A DNA stretch of 63,463 nucleotides, filler included, from Octopus bimaculoides (taxonomy: Eukaryota), in the NCBI RefSeq assembly GCF_001194135.2. It is 8 parts of 7 records of this genome, joined end to end, with 100 filler letters (N's around TTAATTAATTAA, not from the genome) between each part and the next. Parts side by side here need not be neighbours in the genome. Positions count along the whole stretch, not along the records: positions 22,650 to 50,364 come from NC_068983.1; positions 50,465 to 54,773 come from NC_068988.1; positions 54,874 to 58,025 come from NC_068987.1; positions 58,126 to 61,836 come from NC_069009.1; 4 more parts are not named here. One strand, 5' to 3'. The notes beneath the pieces are model-generated. The model was given only the letters and a program-made list of their open reading frames with translations, had not been told where the DNA came from and ran no database searches. Positions 48,336 to 60,060 of this stretch are shown here, in pieces (the first letter of the stretch is position 1; each line of letters opens with the position of its first letter). A program made the position numbers and the translations under genes.

Positions 48336-50043
48336 AACTCTATACATCGTCCGTCATCGCCAAAAAGAAAATAACATACATAGCATTGCTAGTGCAAACA
48401 ACATTATACACATGTTTCGAATACCATATTAAAATTCAGTCTCAAACTCATTCTGCGACCAACAAATACTTAATATAATCTCAACACTGAGAACAATAAC
48501 ACAATGCATATCTTTCCACGTCCAATGCAAATAACATCTCATCTACTGCATCAATACCAGGTAATAAAACGCAATCCACACAGCAGGTAGTCTATAAAAT
48601 TACACACTCAATAAAATAACAACATCCACATTTACATAAAATGAAAGCCAGCATTAAATGCCCCAACAACTCATACAACTCACACAGTACACAATTGCCA
48701 TCCGATACTATACACATCACTCATAATTCAGGAATCAAATACTCTACACAATTACCACCCGGACGCTATAACATATTTCACAACCCATTTTGTACACGCA
48801 AAACAAAAGTCGCTACCCTTACAAAACAAGGAAATTGATATTGCACATACTCTACTCAAGAAAGCAAATTATTAAAAAAACGCACACAAAGATTATCACA
48901 AATCAATTGAAAACAATAAAATAAAGCCAAACAATATTTCATCAGGAAGAAGAAAATCATAAAGTATAACAATGCATACCTATCAGGAACACGAATTTAG
49001 AACTAGTGATGCGGAGGAACTTGCATAAAACAGTTGAAATATAAATAATATTTGTGGTAGGGGTGGTGACGGCGGCGNNNNNNNNNNNNNNNNNNNNNNN
49101 NNNNNNNNNNNNNNNNNNNNNNNNNNNNNNNNNNNNNNNNNNNNNNNNNNNNNNNNNNNNNNNNNNNNNNNNNNNNNNNNNNNNNNNNNNNNNNNNNNNN
49201 NNNNNNNNNNNNNNNNNNNNNNNNNNNNNNNNNNNNNNNNNNNNNNNNNNNNNNNNNNNNNNNNNNNNNNNNNNNNNNNNNNNNNNNNNNNNNNNNNNNN
49301 NNNNNNNNNNNNNNNNNNNNNNNNNNNNNNNNNNNNNNNNNNNNNNNNNNNNNNNNNNNNNNNNNNNNNNNNNNNNNNNNNNNNNNNNNNNNNNNNNNNN
49401 NNNNNNNNNNNNNNNNNNNNNNNNNNNNNNNNNNNNNNNNNNNNNNNNNNNNNNNNNNNNNNNNNNNNNNNNNNNNNNNNNNNNNNNNNNNNNNNNNNNN
49501 NNNNNNNNNNNNNNNNNNNNNNNNNNNNNNNNNNNNNNNNNNNNNNNNNNNNNNNNNNNNNNNNNNNNNNNNNNNNNNNNNNNNNNNNNNNNNNNNNNNN
49601 NNNNNNNNNNNNNNNNNNNNNNNNNNNNNNNNNNNNNNNNNNNNNNNNNNNNNNNNNNNNNNNNNNNNNNNNNNNNNNNNNNNNNNNNNNNNNNNNNNNN
49701 NNNNNNNNNNNNNNNNNNNNNNNNNNNNNNNNNNNNNNNNNNNNNNNNNNNNNNNNNNNNNNNNNNNNNNNNNNNNNNNNNNNNNNNNNNNNNNNNNNNN
49801 NNNNNNNNNNNNNNNNNNNNNNNNNNNNNNNNNNNNNNNNNNNNNNNNNNNNNNNNNNNNNNNNNNNNNNNNNNNNNNNNNNNNNNNNNNNNNNNNNNNN
49901 NNNNNNNNNNNNNNNNNNNNNNNNNNNNNNNNNNNNNNNNNNNNNNNNNNNNNNNNNNNNNNNNNNNNNNNNNNNNNNNNNNNNNNNNNNNNNNNNNNNN
50001 NNNNNNNNNNNNNNNNNNNNNNNNNNNNNNNNNNNNNNNNNNN

Positions 50044-50096
<53 letters not shown>

Positions 50097-50239
50097 CATA
50101 TCCGTGATGATAGGGAACGTGCAATTCAAATTACAAGATGAGAGTTTTCATCAGCACTAACCAAGTATGTATGTATGAACGTATGCATGTAAGTATACCT
50201 GTAAAAATGTGTGTGAGTGTCCATGTGTGTAGAAATGTA

Positions 50240-50286
<47 letters not shown>

Positions 50287-52044
50287 GTATGTATGTATAT
50301 GTGTATGTATACATGTATGCACTCATGTATTTATGTATGTGTGTGTATTTCTTGTGTACGATTGNNNNNNNNNNNNNNNNNNNNNNNNNNNNNNNNNNNN
50401 NNNNNNNNTTAATTAATTAANNNNNNNNNNNNNNNNNNNNNNNNNNNNNNNNNNNNNNNNNNNNCCCCCCCCATAAAATCTATTTTTCTCCTTATACCCT
50501 TACTTAATTTTTTCCGCATAAATATTTAAATTCCTCTCCGAAGTATGTAAACAATAACTTTTCTCTGAATGATGGAATGTATACGTGAGTACATTGAAAT
50601 GCTAATTAATTAATAGTTATTTTATTATATAATATAGAATTATATTTCTATTTTATTTCCCAAATCATTTATGTTTACTTTTCTCCCTCAAAAATTTATT
50701 TCATCTCTCAATTTGTGTTCAATATCCTGAACAGCCCATAACAGTCCATATTCTAATTAAACGACTATTGTATGTCCCTTAACACTGATAAGTCTATTTT
50801 TCAAATACTTTATAGTATTTTAGCAAGATTTGATTAGATAATATCACTCCACACGACCTCGCCGTCCTAATAAATTATTGTTTACGTTATTTGAATATTT
50901 GAAAATACGGTCCTCATATTACTAATTTCGTTGCTCACCACCAGAAAGCAAGCATCCTCCCTGGCGATATGCGGACATAATGTGGGGTTATTTTACTTCT
51001 CACATCGCTTGAATGGGGATGATATGAACCTAATAGCCGGATAGAAACATATGCAGGATTCTTTTATGTTTATTTCTTTTGTTGATTCTGTTCCTTTAAA
51101 TCTCAAGGCATGTCCTTTTTTCATCGTGATACAAGTAAAATTAACTAAGTATCCACTATATTTCTTCTCCATTTTCTTTTATGTACACATATACTTGCAG
51201 AAAGACCACCCTTCGGGCTGTTTTCTGCTAGCCACTCGATAATATTTCCACATTTGATTCCCAATTCTAATAATTTTTATGATATCTTAAATTTAATTAG
51301 TAAATATTGCTTTCATTATTTTATCAGTCATAATCTCTCTTTTTTAAACAAAGATCAAGGTAGTCCAACTACGTTTAATATACCAAAAAATAGCGTATCA
51401 AATAGCTATAGCAACAAATTCACTTGCTAATTCTTGGATAACGACAGAAAGGAAATAAGTCACATGAGTTCGAAGTTTCAATAATTATACTGGACAATAA
51501 GTTGTCTACTATAATTTATTTTCAGTATGTATAAACAATAAACTGAAGGCATTTATACAGCGAATTTAAGTCAACAAAATACCTGATTTCCTCATCTGAA
51601 ATAACGAAATAAAACTGGAAATGAAAAATTTGCAATGCATATATATTAAGTAAATTATTATTAATGAAAGCAATTAGAGGTGGGAGAGAGAAAAAGTGAG
51701 AGACTGCATTGCAAATGAAAACGAAAAATTTTGCCAGAACATATCACTATTGTTTATCAAATGTTAAAACCTACTCTGCAGTGAACGTAAAGCTTGGCAA
51801 CAAATATTTAAATCTGTGATAGTAAATAATAACAGACGCTTCGAGAGTGAGTTTTTATCGATATGTATTTATCGATATGTATTTATCGATATATATATAT
51901 ATATTTTAATTTTCCGGAGAGAAAAACTTCTAGTATGGCTATTATGGAGGGTGTGACTAATTAACGGACATCACAGAAATTTATGTAGCTGAGTCAATCT
52001 GTTATATTTATATATATTTATCCTTAATAATTGGTAGAACTTAC

Positions 52045-52109
<65 letters not shown>

Positions 52110-52170
52110 TAGATAGATAGATGGATGGATGGATGGATGGATGGATGGATGGATGGATGGATGGATGGAT
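52045..52170. repeat. Compound (GATA)n(GATG)n microsatellite
   Basis: Read directly. Confidence 0.95.
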
Positions 52171-52390
52171 ACACACACAAAGTTTGGTGCTGTGAGAACA
52201 CATGGGAATGGCATTTCCTTACTTTTTCAAATACACCCAAATTTAAAATGATCTAATATAACGATATCATTCATCCGGCGTGTGTTGAAATATGTCAAAA
52301 CAATTTAATTCCTCACAAATATATGTTACTTTACATATAATTTATGTGTTAATTCTATTTACTAAAACTTGCTAAAAAGCATATTTTGCT

Positions 52391-52617
52391 TTAAAATAGT
52401 ATCTCCTTGTAGATAAAATTGTCAGTAATCATACTGTTTCCATTTCTCTCAGCCAATATTTTTACATTAGCCTTCTTTCGAACTCTAGATAACGCAACAT
52501 ACAGTTGACCACTTGGGAAGAATTGTGTAGGAAAATATATTACAATTTGTTCAAAAGTTTGTTCCTGTGCCTTGTTGCACGTCAAGGCAAAAGCTAGCTT
52601 GACAGGAAATTGTTTGC
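52391..52617 (-). mobile_element. Helitron helicase C-terminal fragment (second family)
   Basis: QFPVKLAFALTCNKAQEQT...SGQLYVALSRV...DNFIYKEIL: PIF1/Helitron terminal helicase motifs. Confidence 0.9.
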
Positions 52618-54470
52618 ATGAACGAGGGATAGAGTCGAATGCCTTCTTATAGTCAAGCCATACTGTCACAAGGTTTCTGCGTCGTTTTCTTACTTCATCA
52701 GTACAGCTTTGTTTATTAAAAGTTGTTCGGCCTATCCCCACATTCCTTTCTTTCCACCAGCCTGTTCATCAGTCACAATGTTGTTCGACTCACATTGGTC
52801 CTGGAGGAATTGGTTGAGAAAACTTGTTTGTACATAATGTTTCGGCAAGAAATGGGCCTGTAGTTTCCTGCCATCTCGGTGATTTCAGTTTTACCAACAA
52901 GATTTCTCCTTGCTGTAGCAAACCAATTCAGTATATCAGTCTGACCTTCCACAGTCCTTTTGAACATACATATCAATTGGTTTCTATAAAATGTTAGATT
53001 CTTGTACCAATATACAACTATTAGGTCCCTTCTAGGTGCCTTCCCATTCTGCTGTTTGCCTATTGCTATAGCGAAGGTTTCTGCATCAATTTTGTATGTT
53101 TTACTGTTAGAATTGGTACAGTATTCTCTCTTAATTGTATTTAACTATGATGCATCCAGGTTGAAATCCCTCTTTTCGTTCCAAATTTTTGACTACAATG
53201 ATTGTAGATCTTCTTGGGTAATATTTTCCTTCCTCATCTCTCTATATAATGCTTGTGGGTTGGAAGCAAACTTGCGATTGATACTGGCTCGCTCAAAAAT
53301 TCGCTTGCGATAGCGGAGTCTCTCGCTCATCATCCTGAGTTCATATTTTAAAGTGATTAGCTTTCCCTCAAGAGCTCGGTGTGAAGAGTTACCATAAAGT
53401 TTCATTAATTTTTGTCTAAGGTAGAGTTGGTGAGGTGTAAACTCATTTTTTCTCCTTACATTTTATTGTTGTAGTTAACCATCCAATATGACGGCGCGCG
53501 TTGTTGATGTTTTCTTCAAGTTTTGTTTTCCATCTAGGTTGTTTTTGTTTAGTAATTTCGTTACTTAGTTCACTGTAGATTTCTCGTAGGTGTAATAGCG
53601 GCTGTGTATAAGAGTAATAATATCCCAGTAATTAACATCACTTGATTCCATGCGCTCTCCAGCAACAACGTTGATAACCTTAAACAGTAGATCAGTCAGA
53701 TTTTTTCTCATTCGTGTTGGGAATAGTCTGTTGTTCAACGAGAGCTTCCAGAAAGTAACAAATTTTTTTGCGAATTGTAATTTTAAAATGTCTTTGAGTT
53801 GGCTGTATTCTGCAGTCTTCACTACTGAGTCAGTTAAATTTGGAGACACACTCGAATTTAGCGATAGCCGGAGCGATGGTTTGTTTACATTATTTTTTAC
53901 GCCGCTTCTGGCAGATCGTGACCCATTTTCAGTGTTTTGAGAGGATCGAGGACCAGTTAATTTGTTTTTTTTACAAAAGATTCTTGTTGTCGGAGCTGTT
54001 TCGCCGTGAAGGTATTTAAGTTGGGAAGAGCTTCGTCCCAGTATTGTTTTAACTGCTTCATGTATTCGATTGAAGGGTCATCTCGGTCTTTTTCATGGGA
54101 CCGAAGTAAATCTTGGTTTACTTGTTGAGTCCAATTAAAATGAGAAGAGTACTTACGTCTTCTTAAATAACTTACTGGTGAAATGGTTCTGTTTTCAGCG
54201 GTGGTGACGTTGTTAGTTTAATCTGTGGTGGTGTTAGTTTCAGCCATAATCGTCTTAGCGAGATTCCACATGCTGTAGATGTATATTTTAAAATATGTTT
54301 AGGATAGCGCTACGATGGCGAATAAAAGGTGTTTCTCTTATTAATTGTTGGAGATATAAATCAGTTAACGATTTAGGCTGAAGAAATCGGCATATTTCTA
54401 GAGAAAGACGTTCAAAACGGACTTTTTAAACACTCCTCTATGCCTGTACGTCCGATGTTGACGGCGCCAT
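52617..54470 (-). mobile_element. R4-like non-LTR retrotransposon 5' portion (5' UTR, N-terminal domain, RT start), degenerate
   Basis: WTQQVNQDL...YMKQLKQYWDE N-terminus; NRKFASNPQALYREM; GKAP..D.I; NYRPISCRNIMYK; EQAGGKKG..EQLLINK; NLVTVWLDYKKAFDSIP. The 5' end abuts (CATA)n at ~54472-54508. Confidence 0.85.
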
Positions 54471-55379
54471 TAATGTATGTATGTATGTATGTATGTATGT
54501 ATGTATGTTATCAATCAGTTTCACTTCTGTATTTTTGTCCATAGAGAAAGAGCCGGACTCTAACATAGATTCAAGGCTCCTTCATTGGAACTTTTATCAA
54601 CATCATCTAGGTATTTGTGCATATGTGTGTGTGTGCAGTATTTGGTGTTAGTGTATGCGCAGATTTGTATGTTTGTTTTATGGATGCGTTTTTATGTCTA
54701 GATGCATGCATATGTATTTATGTGCTAAATTTTTGGAAAGTTTTACATATCTTTACAGTTCCATTGATGGCTTNNNNNNNNNNNNNNNNNNNNNNNNNNN
54801 NNNNNNNNNNNNNNNNNTTAATTAATTAANNNNNNNNNNNNNNNNNNNNNNNNNNNNNNNNNNNNNNNNNNNNCACGAGCCTAGGTTATATCTGGTTTCG
54901 TTGTATTTTTGAGTTTTTGAATAACAATTTAAAAAACATGTTTCTTCATCCAATTAAATCGAGATTTGATATTTGTCTTTTCCCTGTCAATATTATCGGC
55001 GGTTCCTTTGTTTATAAATTCTTGCAAGTGCTCATAGCTAATTCTAAATTTAATTGCTGTTTCATTTAAAGAACAATTTTATGGAGGTACGATATTAATT
55101 CTGTTGAATTCAAACGAAATCTCTCCCACTTCAACTACGATACCATTATGGCTGTCAGTACAAAACAGCAACACCACCACCACCACCATCAATGCTACTG
55201 TTATCGACACCGCCATTTTTGTCAACAGCTACGTTGTCAGTAACACCACTATCATGATTAATTTAACGACTACCCTCTTCTGCCTCCTTCCCGTCTTCTC
55301 CTCATCCCCTCTTCCTCTCCTCTTCCTCTTCCTCCTCGTCTTCTACCTCCTCCTCCTCCTCCTCCTCCTTTTGTTCTTA

Positions 55380-55520
55380 ACATCCCAGTTCCAGGTTCAG
55401 TCCCATTGCGTGGTACCTCAGGCTGGTGTCTTCTACTTTAGCCATGGGCCGACCAAAACCTTGCGAATGGATTTAGAAGACGGAAACTGAAAGAAGCCCG
55501 TCGAATATACATGCACACAC

Positions 55521-55567
<47 letters not shown>

Positions 55568-55630
55568 GGTTTGTTTATGTCCAGTAACTTTGCGGTTCGA
55601 CAAAAAAAAAACCGATAAATAAGTACCAAG
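55380..55630 (+). mobile_element. SINE family B, partial
   Basis: CCAGGTTCAGTCCCATTGCGTGG...GACGGAAACTGAAAGAAGCCCGTCG, (TG)n, shortened 3' half. Confidence 0.8.
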
Positions 55631-55639
55631 CTTTAGGAA

Positions 55640-55974
55640 TAAAAGTGTCAGCTGTTCACTACCAGTGAACTAAGGTAACACCCCTTATTTTTCGAGCACC
55701 TTCGGAGTATTCGAGCGGTTCCAAGCAGTTCTGTTTTCTGTAAGTGCTCCTCCCTTATTGCAGTCCCTCTTTATTCCACGTATTTCTCGAGATTTTTGCT
55801 CACTATTTCCAGGGCTCCGACAATTATTGGTACTACTGCTACCTTTTTCATCGACCACAACTGCTTAACTTCCCAAGCTAACCTGTCATATCTCTCGACT
55901 TTTCTTTCTGCCTTATCGCATACTTCGTTGTCAACTGGGCATACTATATCTATGATCCAGCATAGTTTACTTTC

Positions 55975-55977
<3 letters not shown>
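55640..55977 (-). mobile_element. Short RLE-LINE 3' fragment with 3' UTR
   Basis: KESKLCWIIDIVCPVDNEVCDKAERKVERYDRLAWEVKQLWSMKKVAVVPIIVGAL...LQKTELLGTARILR. Confidence 0.88.
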
Positions 55978-56049
<72 letters not shown>

Positions 56050-56592
56050 TGATGAAAATTCACAACTTATTTTGCTGGTTATGATGGAAAGTATCAGCTG
56101 TCCACAGCCAGCAGACTAAGGTGACACTTGTTTTACTGGTCATGCTTCAAGAACCTTGCGAAGAATTCTTGCAGTTCCAAGTAATGCTGATTTTTGTAGG
56201 CGGTCTACTTTTAAACCTGCACCGATCTTTTTCAGCCATGTTGGTAGTTGAGTGCTGATACTTCCAAGAACACCAATTACTATTGGTATGATGTCTACTC
56301 TCTTCATTGCCCACAACCTTCGTATTTCCCTCTTCAAATCATCATAGTTGTTTATTTTTTCTTCTTTCACATTGATCCTGTTGTCACCGGAACACACTAT
56401 CTCAATTATCATGTATGTTCTTTCTCTTTTTTCAGCACAACAATGTCCGGTTTCCGATGTCTGGTCAGGTGATCACACTGAATCATTGCATCCCACAGGA
56501 TTTTGCAGTTTCCATTCTCGGTGACTCCTTCTGAGGTTTGCTCATATCACGTCATTGCTCTTTGTAGGCCGTGATTTCCATACAGTTCCCAA
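56050..56592 (-). mobile_element. 5'-truncated RLE-LINE 3' end, flanked on both sides by ATT repeats
   Basis: ENGNCKILWDAMIQCDH..RHRKPDIVV, IIEIVCSGDNR, YDDLKREIRRLW..IIPIVIGVLG, LQKSALLGTARILRKVLEA*. (ATT)n at 55977-56049 and ~56604-56672. Confidence 0.9.
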
Positions 56593-56616
56593 TGGAGCAT
56601 TTATCATTATTATTAA

Positions 56617-56672
<56 letters not shown>

Positions 56673-57054
56673 TGTAAATGTTATTATTGTGGTTGTCGTA
56701 TTTTGTGGTTGGTTCTGTCTCCGTATTCTGAATTTCTTTGTAATAATTCCTTTTATGTTTTGTTACTGGTCTCGTTCTTTGATTTATTTTCGTTTGCATT
56801 CATCAGTTTTCCTTCTAAATTACATTTCCACCTCTATTCTTTCTTTTTTCCTTTTCATCTCTCTCTTCTTCTTTATTAGGTTATGCGTAACGTTCTGCTG
56901 TTCTTAAGTTGTAAATTTTATGTTCAACAATAATTCATAAATGCTGTCATTCGTATTATAATACATTTTAGACATTATAGAGTTTTCTATAAATATATTT
57001 AAGTTTATGTACTCCATACTAGACATCAGGGAACATAATAATAATAATAACAAC

Positions 57055-57088
<34 letters not shown>

Positions 57089-57091
57089 GTA

Positions 57092-57140
<49 letters not shown>

Positions 57141-57144
57141 TAAT

Positions 57145-57300
57145 TCTTTCTATTATAGGCACAAGGCCTGAAACATCGACGGGAGAGGTTGTTGAGGGCT
57201 TGACGAGGGCTTGACGAGGGCTTGACGAGGGCTTATCGATTACATTGTCCCCAGTGCTCAGCTGGTACATATTTTATCGACCCCGAAAAAAGGAAAAGTG
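57145..57300 (-). mobile_element. SINE family A 3' half with internal 11-bp tandem repeat
   Basis: TATAGGCACAAGGCCTGAAA end; GAGGGCTTGAC x3.7 at 57194-57234. Confidence 0.8.
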
Positions 57301-57304
57301 AAAT

Positions 57305-57710
57305 TTGCTTGTCAGTTGCTTGACCATAGCCAATTGAGCATGTCCGTTAGTGGTTGACGATACTTTATTCTCTGATCACGAGCAGAAGTAGTGGGGGAGC
57401 ATCATAGCCATGTGTTGAGCGGGGTACTTTGGGGTTTGAATAATTCACCTCTGGAAACATGGGTGTTTCGTTCATCATCCTTAAACAACTCTTATTCAGG
57501 GACCTTTTGAGCAAGATGGGCTACTCGACCTGGAGAAAATAGTAACTGGGCCCCACTTACAAAGTTATGCGCTGTTTATCTTCATATGAGATCACCATGT
57601 CGCGCACATATTTGTTATGCAAGTACCTGGTGTATCCTTATCAGACAGGTAGACATAGGGATATATTGGGCGTCACTTTGATGGCATGCGCTGTCGTATC
57701 ACTCACTAAT
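57305..57710 (+). mobile_element. Unclassified retroposon-like segment with AAT tail
   Basis: GC-richer ~400-bp segment ending CTCACTAATAATAG before GAT/AAT repeats; resembles a recurrent octopus repeat I recall, class unverified. Confidence 0.4.
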
Positions 57711-57750
57711 AATAGCAATGATGATGATGATGATCATGACGACGACGGGG

Positions 57751-57807
<57 letters not shown>

Positions 57808-57808
57808 T

Positions 57809-58025
57809 ACGCCTATTTCACAGCAGTGCTCTACCCAAAAAACGAAAACACAACAACACATACATATAAAATATGGAAGAAAAATAATGTAAATATAGAC
57901 CTCGATAAAACAATGAACCCTAACAAACTAGCTAACATAAGAAGATATATTCTAAAAGCAAAAAAAATATCAGAAATAGAAATAGAACAATTGAAAGGAA
58001 AAATACATCAGGAAAATCTAGATAG
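57809..58025 (+). mobile_element. R4/Dong-like LINE N-terminal fragment directly after (AAT)n
   Basis: YAYFTAVLYP..TYKIWKKNN...NKLANIRRYILKAKKISEIEIEQL resembles the N-terminal domain of this clade; ends at a linker. Confidence 0.6.
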
Positions 58026-58125
58026 NNNNNNNNNNNNNNNNNNNNNNNNNNNNNNNNNNNNNNNNNNNNTTAATTAATTAANNNNNNNNNNNNNNNNNNN
58101 NNNNNNNNNNNNNNNNNNNNNNNNN

Positions 58126-58165
<40 letters not shown>

Positions 58166-59100
58166 TGTATATACATGTATGAATGATAGATAGGGAATGG
58201 GGGTAGTATGTGAAAAACCTATTAACAAAAAATATCCACCCTTTTTTTCTGCCTTTGTCGTGAAGAGTGAAACATCTGGTCTTTTATCTGTTAACAGCCC
58301 ATCCCCACCACAGATACCTCCTCCACCTCCACCGCGTCATCCACTTACATTTGACGTTTAATTATAAACACGCTATTTTATAATATCTGGGTGAATGAGT
58401 ATGGATGTGTGTGTGTATGTATATATATATTTGCACACACTCTGACGAAGCTAAAGTGGGCATTCAAACACTTAGTAGAGGCGGAGATTTTTGAGGTTCG
58501 GGTGGCACTTGATATTATTGTGGAGTTTTTGAAGAGTGGAGTGGACCCGAAGGTCGTCCTAGGGTGGCACTGTCTCCACTGACATCATGGCGCACACGCA
58601 CGCTCCCACTCGCGCACATATCTAAATATAACGTCAACTGCAAACTTATTGCAGTATTTTTCGGGGATAACATTTTCTATGGACGTGCTGTCTTTAAAAA
58701 CGTTGTATACATCGCTTTACTTTGACCCGGAGTATGAGCATCTCTCAGGGTGCTACTTAGGGTTAATTAGTACGTTAGAGTTTGCTTCGCTTTACTTCTG
58801 AAGAGTGGATCCAGCGGACGCTGCTGAAGAACTTTTCTACGAATCCTGCAGAGCTGGGAGCAAGGCGAGGCAAATAGGACATCTTAGTCACCCATTGCAA
58901 GTAAGATGAACTAGTAAGGGATTTTGGTCATCTCCAGCCGCCTTGACCTAATTTGGTCACTGGATTGAAGATGTTGATGGAAGACAGAGTGAAGTTGGCA
59001 GTGCGCAACCCTTCACTTTTAAACGGTCACCGCGCAAGTCATCAGTCATCCTCAAGAGATGACGAAACGCTCCACGTCGCCCCGACGGATGAACATGATA

Positions 59101-60060
59101 CATTGGAGTGCGTAAGATATTTGAGTACAGATTTATGTTTATAAAAAATAAAAAAAACCATAATAGCAGTCAATAACTTTATTTATCAAAAAGTGTTATG
59201 AGGATAAAAATAAACCTTCTTTTCTATAATGTTATTCAATAAAGCCACCTTCAGCTTCAACAACTGCTTCTATATCATTTACGTGCTCGAATCAAGTGGT
59301 CCTAGTTCATTTTGGTCATTACTCTGGCCATAGCAACTTTCAAAGAATCTTTGATGTTATAGACATGTTCTGTGACCTCTATCTCAACAACACTCCATGT
59401 AATAGTCCAATGGATTGAGATCTGGGGAATTAGGAAGCCAAATGTTAGGGGTTATGTGATCATGAAAATTTTCAGCTATCCGTTTCTGTGTTACTGGAGC
59501 CATGTGTGATAATGCAGAGTTTTACTGAAACACATATAGCTTTTCATTGCATACACTGTCTATCCTGGGCTTAATAATTATTGCCAGGATCTGAATGTGG
59601 GCGGCAGAGTTAACTCTAAAGTCTTGTGGAAAGAAGTAAGGAGGCATCACATGTCCTTCATTGCTGACAACTCCGAAAACCATGACAGTTGCAGGAAATT
59701 TTGTATGCATAACACTTGGAACTTCAGAAGGGTCTGCACATAACTATCTGTCATTTCTTCTGTTAACTTTTTGATTTTGGTCGAAAAAACCAAATCAAAT
59801 CTTCTGCTGCATTTTTCAGTTTGTTTAAGAGCATTTTAGATCTGATGTAGTGATTTTCTTCTGCTCTTTCTGCAAATTGACCTTTCCTCATCATATAAGA
59901 CTTATATCTGATGTCTTCATGGACAACATTTCTGACTGTCACTTCTAATACATGGAGATCTTTTGCAATTGACCTCATGAACTTCCTGGGAATGTAATCC
60001 ATGGACTGTTGAACTTGTTGGATAACTTCAAGGGTTCTGATGATTTCAGAGCGTTGCCAA
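59101..60060 (-). mobile_element. Tc1/mariner superfamily DD37D (maT-type) transposon, defective and 5'-truncated
   Basis: RSIAKDL...VHEDIRYKSY HTH region; NRRNDR, KFPATVMVFGVVS..G.VMPP, FQ*NSALSH...WLPNSPDLNPLDY with exactly 37 residues between the second catalytic position (now N) and the last D; ends GFIE* at 59232-59234; possible TIR after TA at 59099-59100. Confidence 0.88.

Noticed and set aside
52170-52390. Helitron 3' terminus for the second helicase fragment
   Set aside because: No GC hairpin plus CTRR found downstream on the minus strand.
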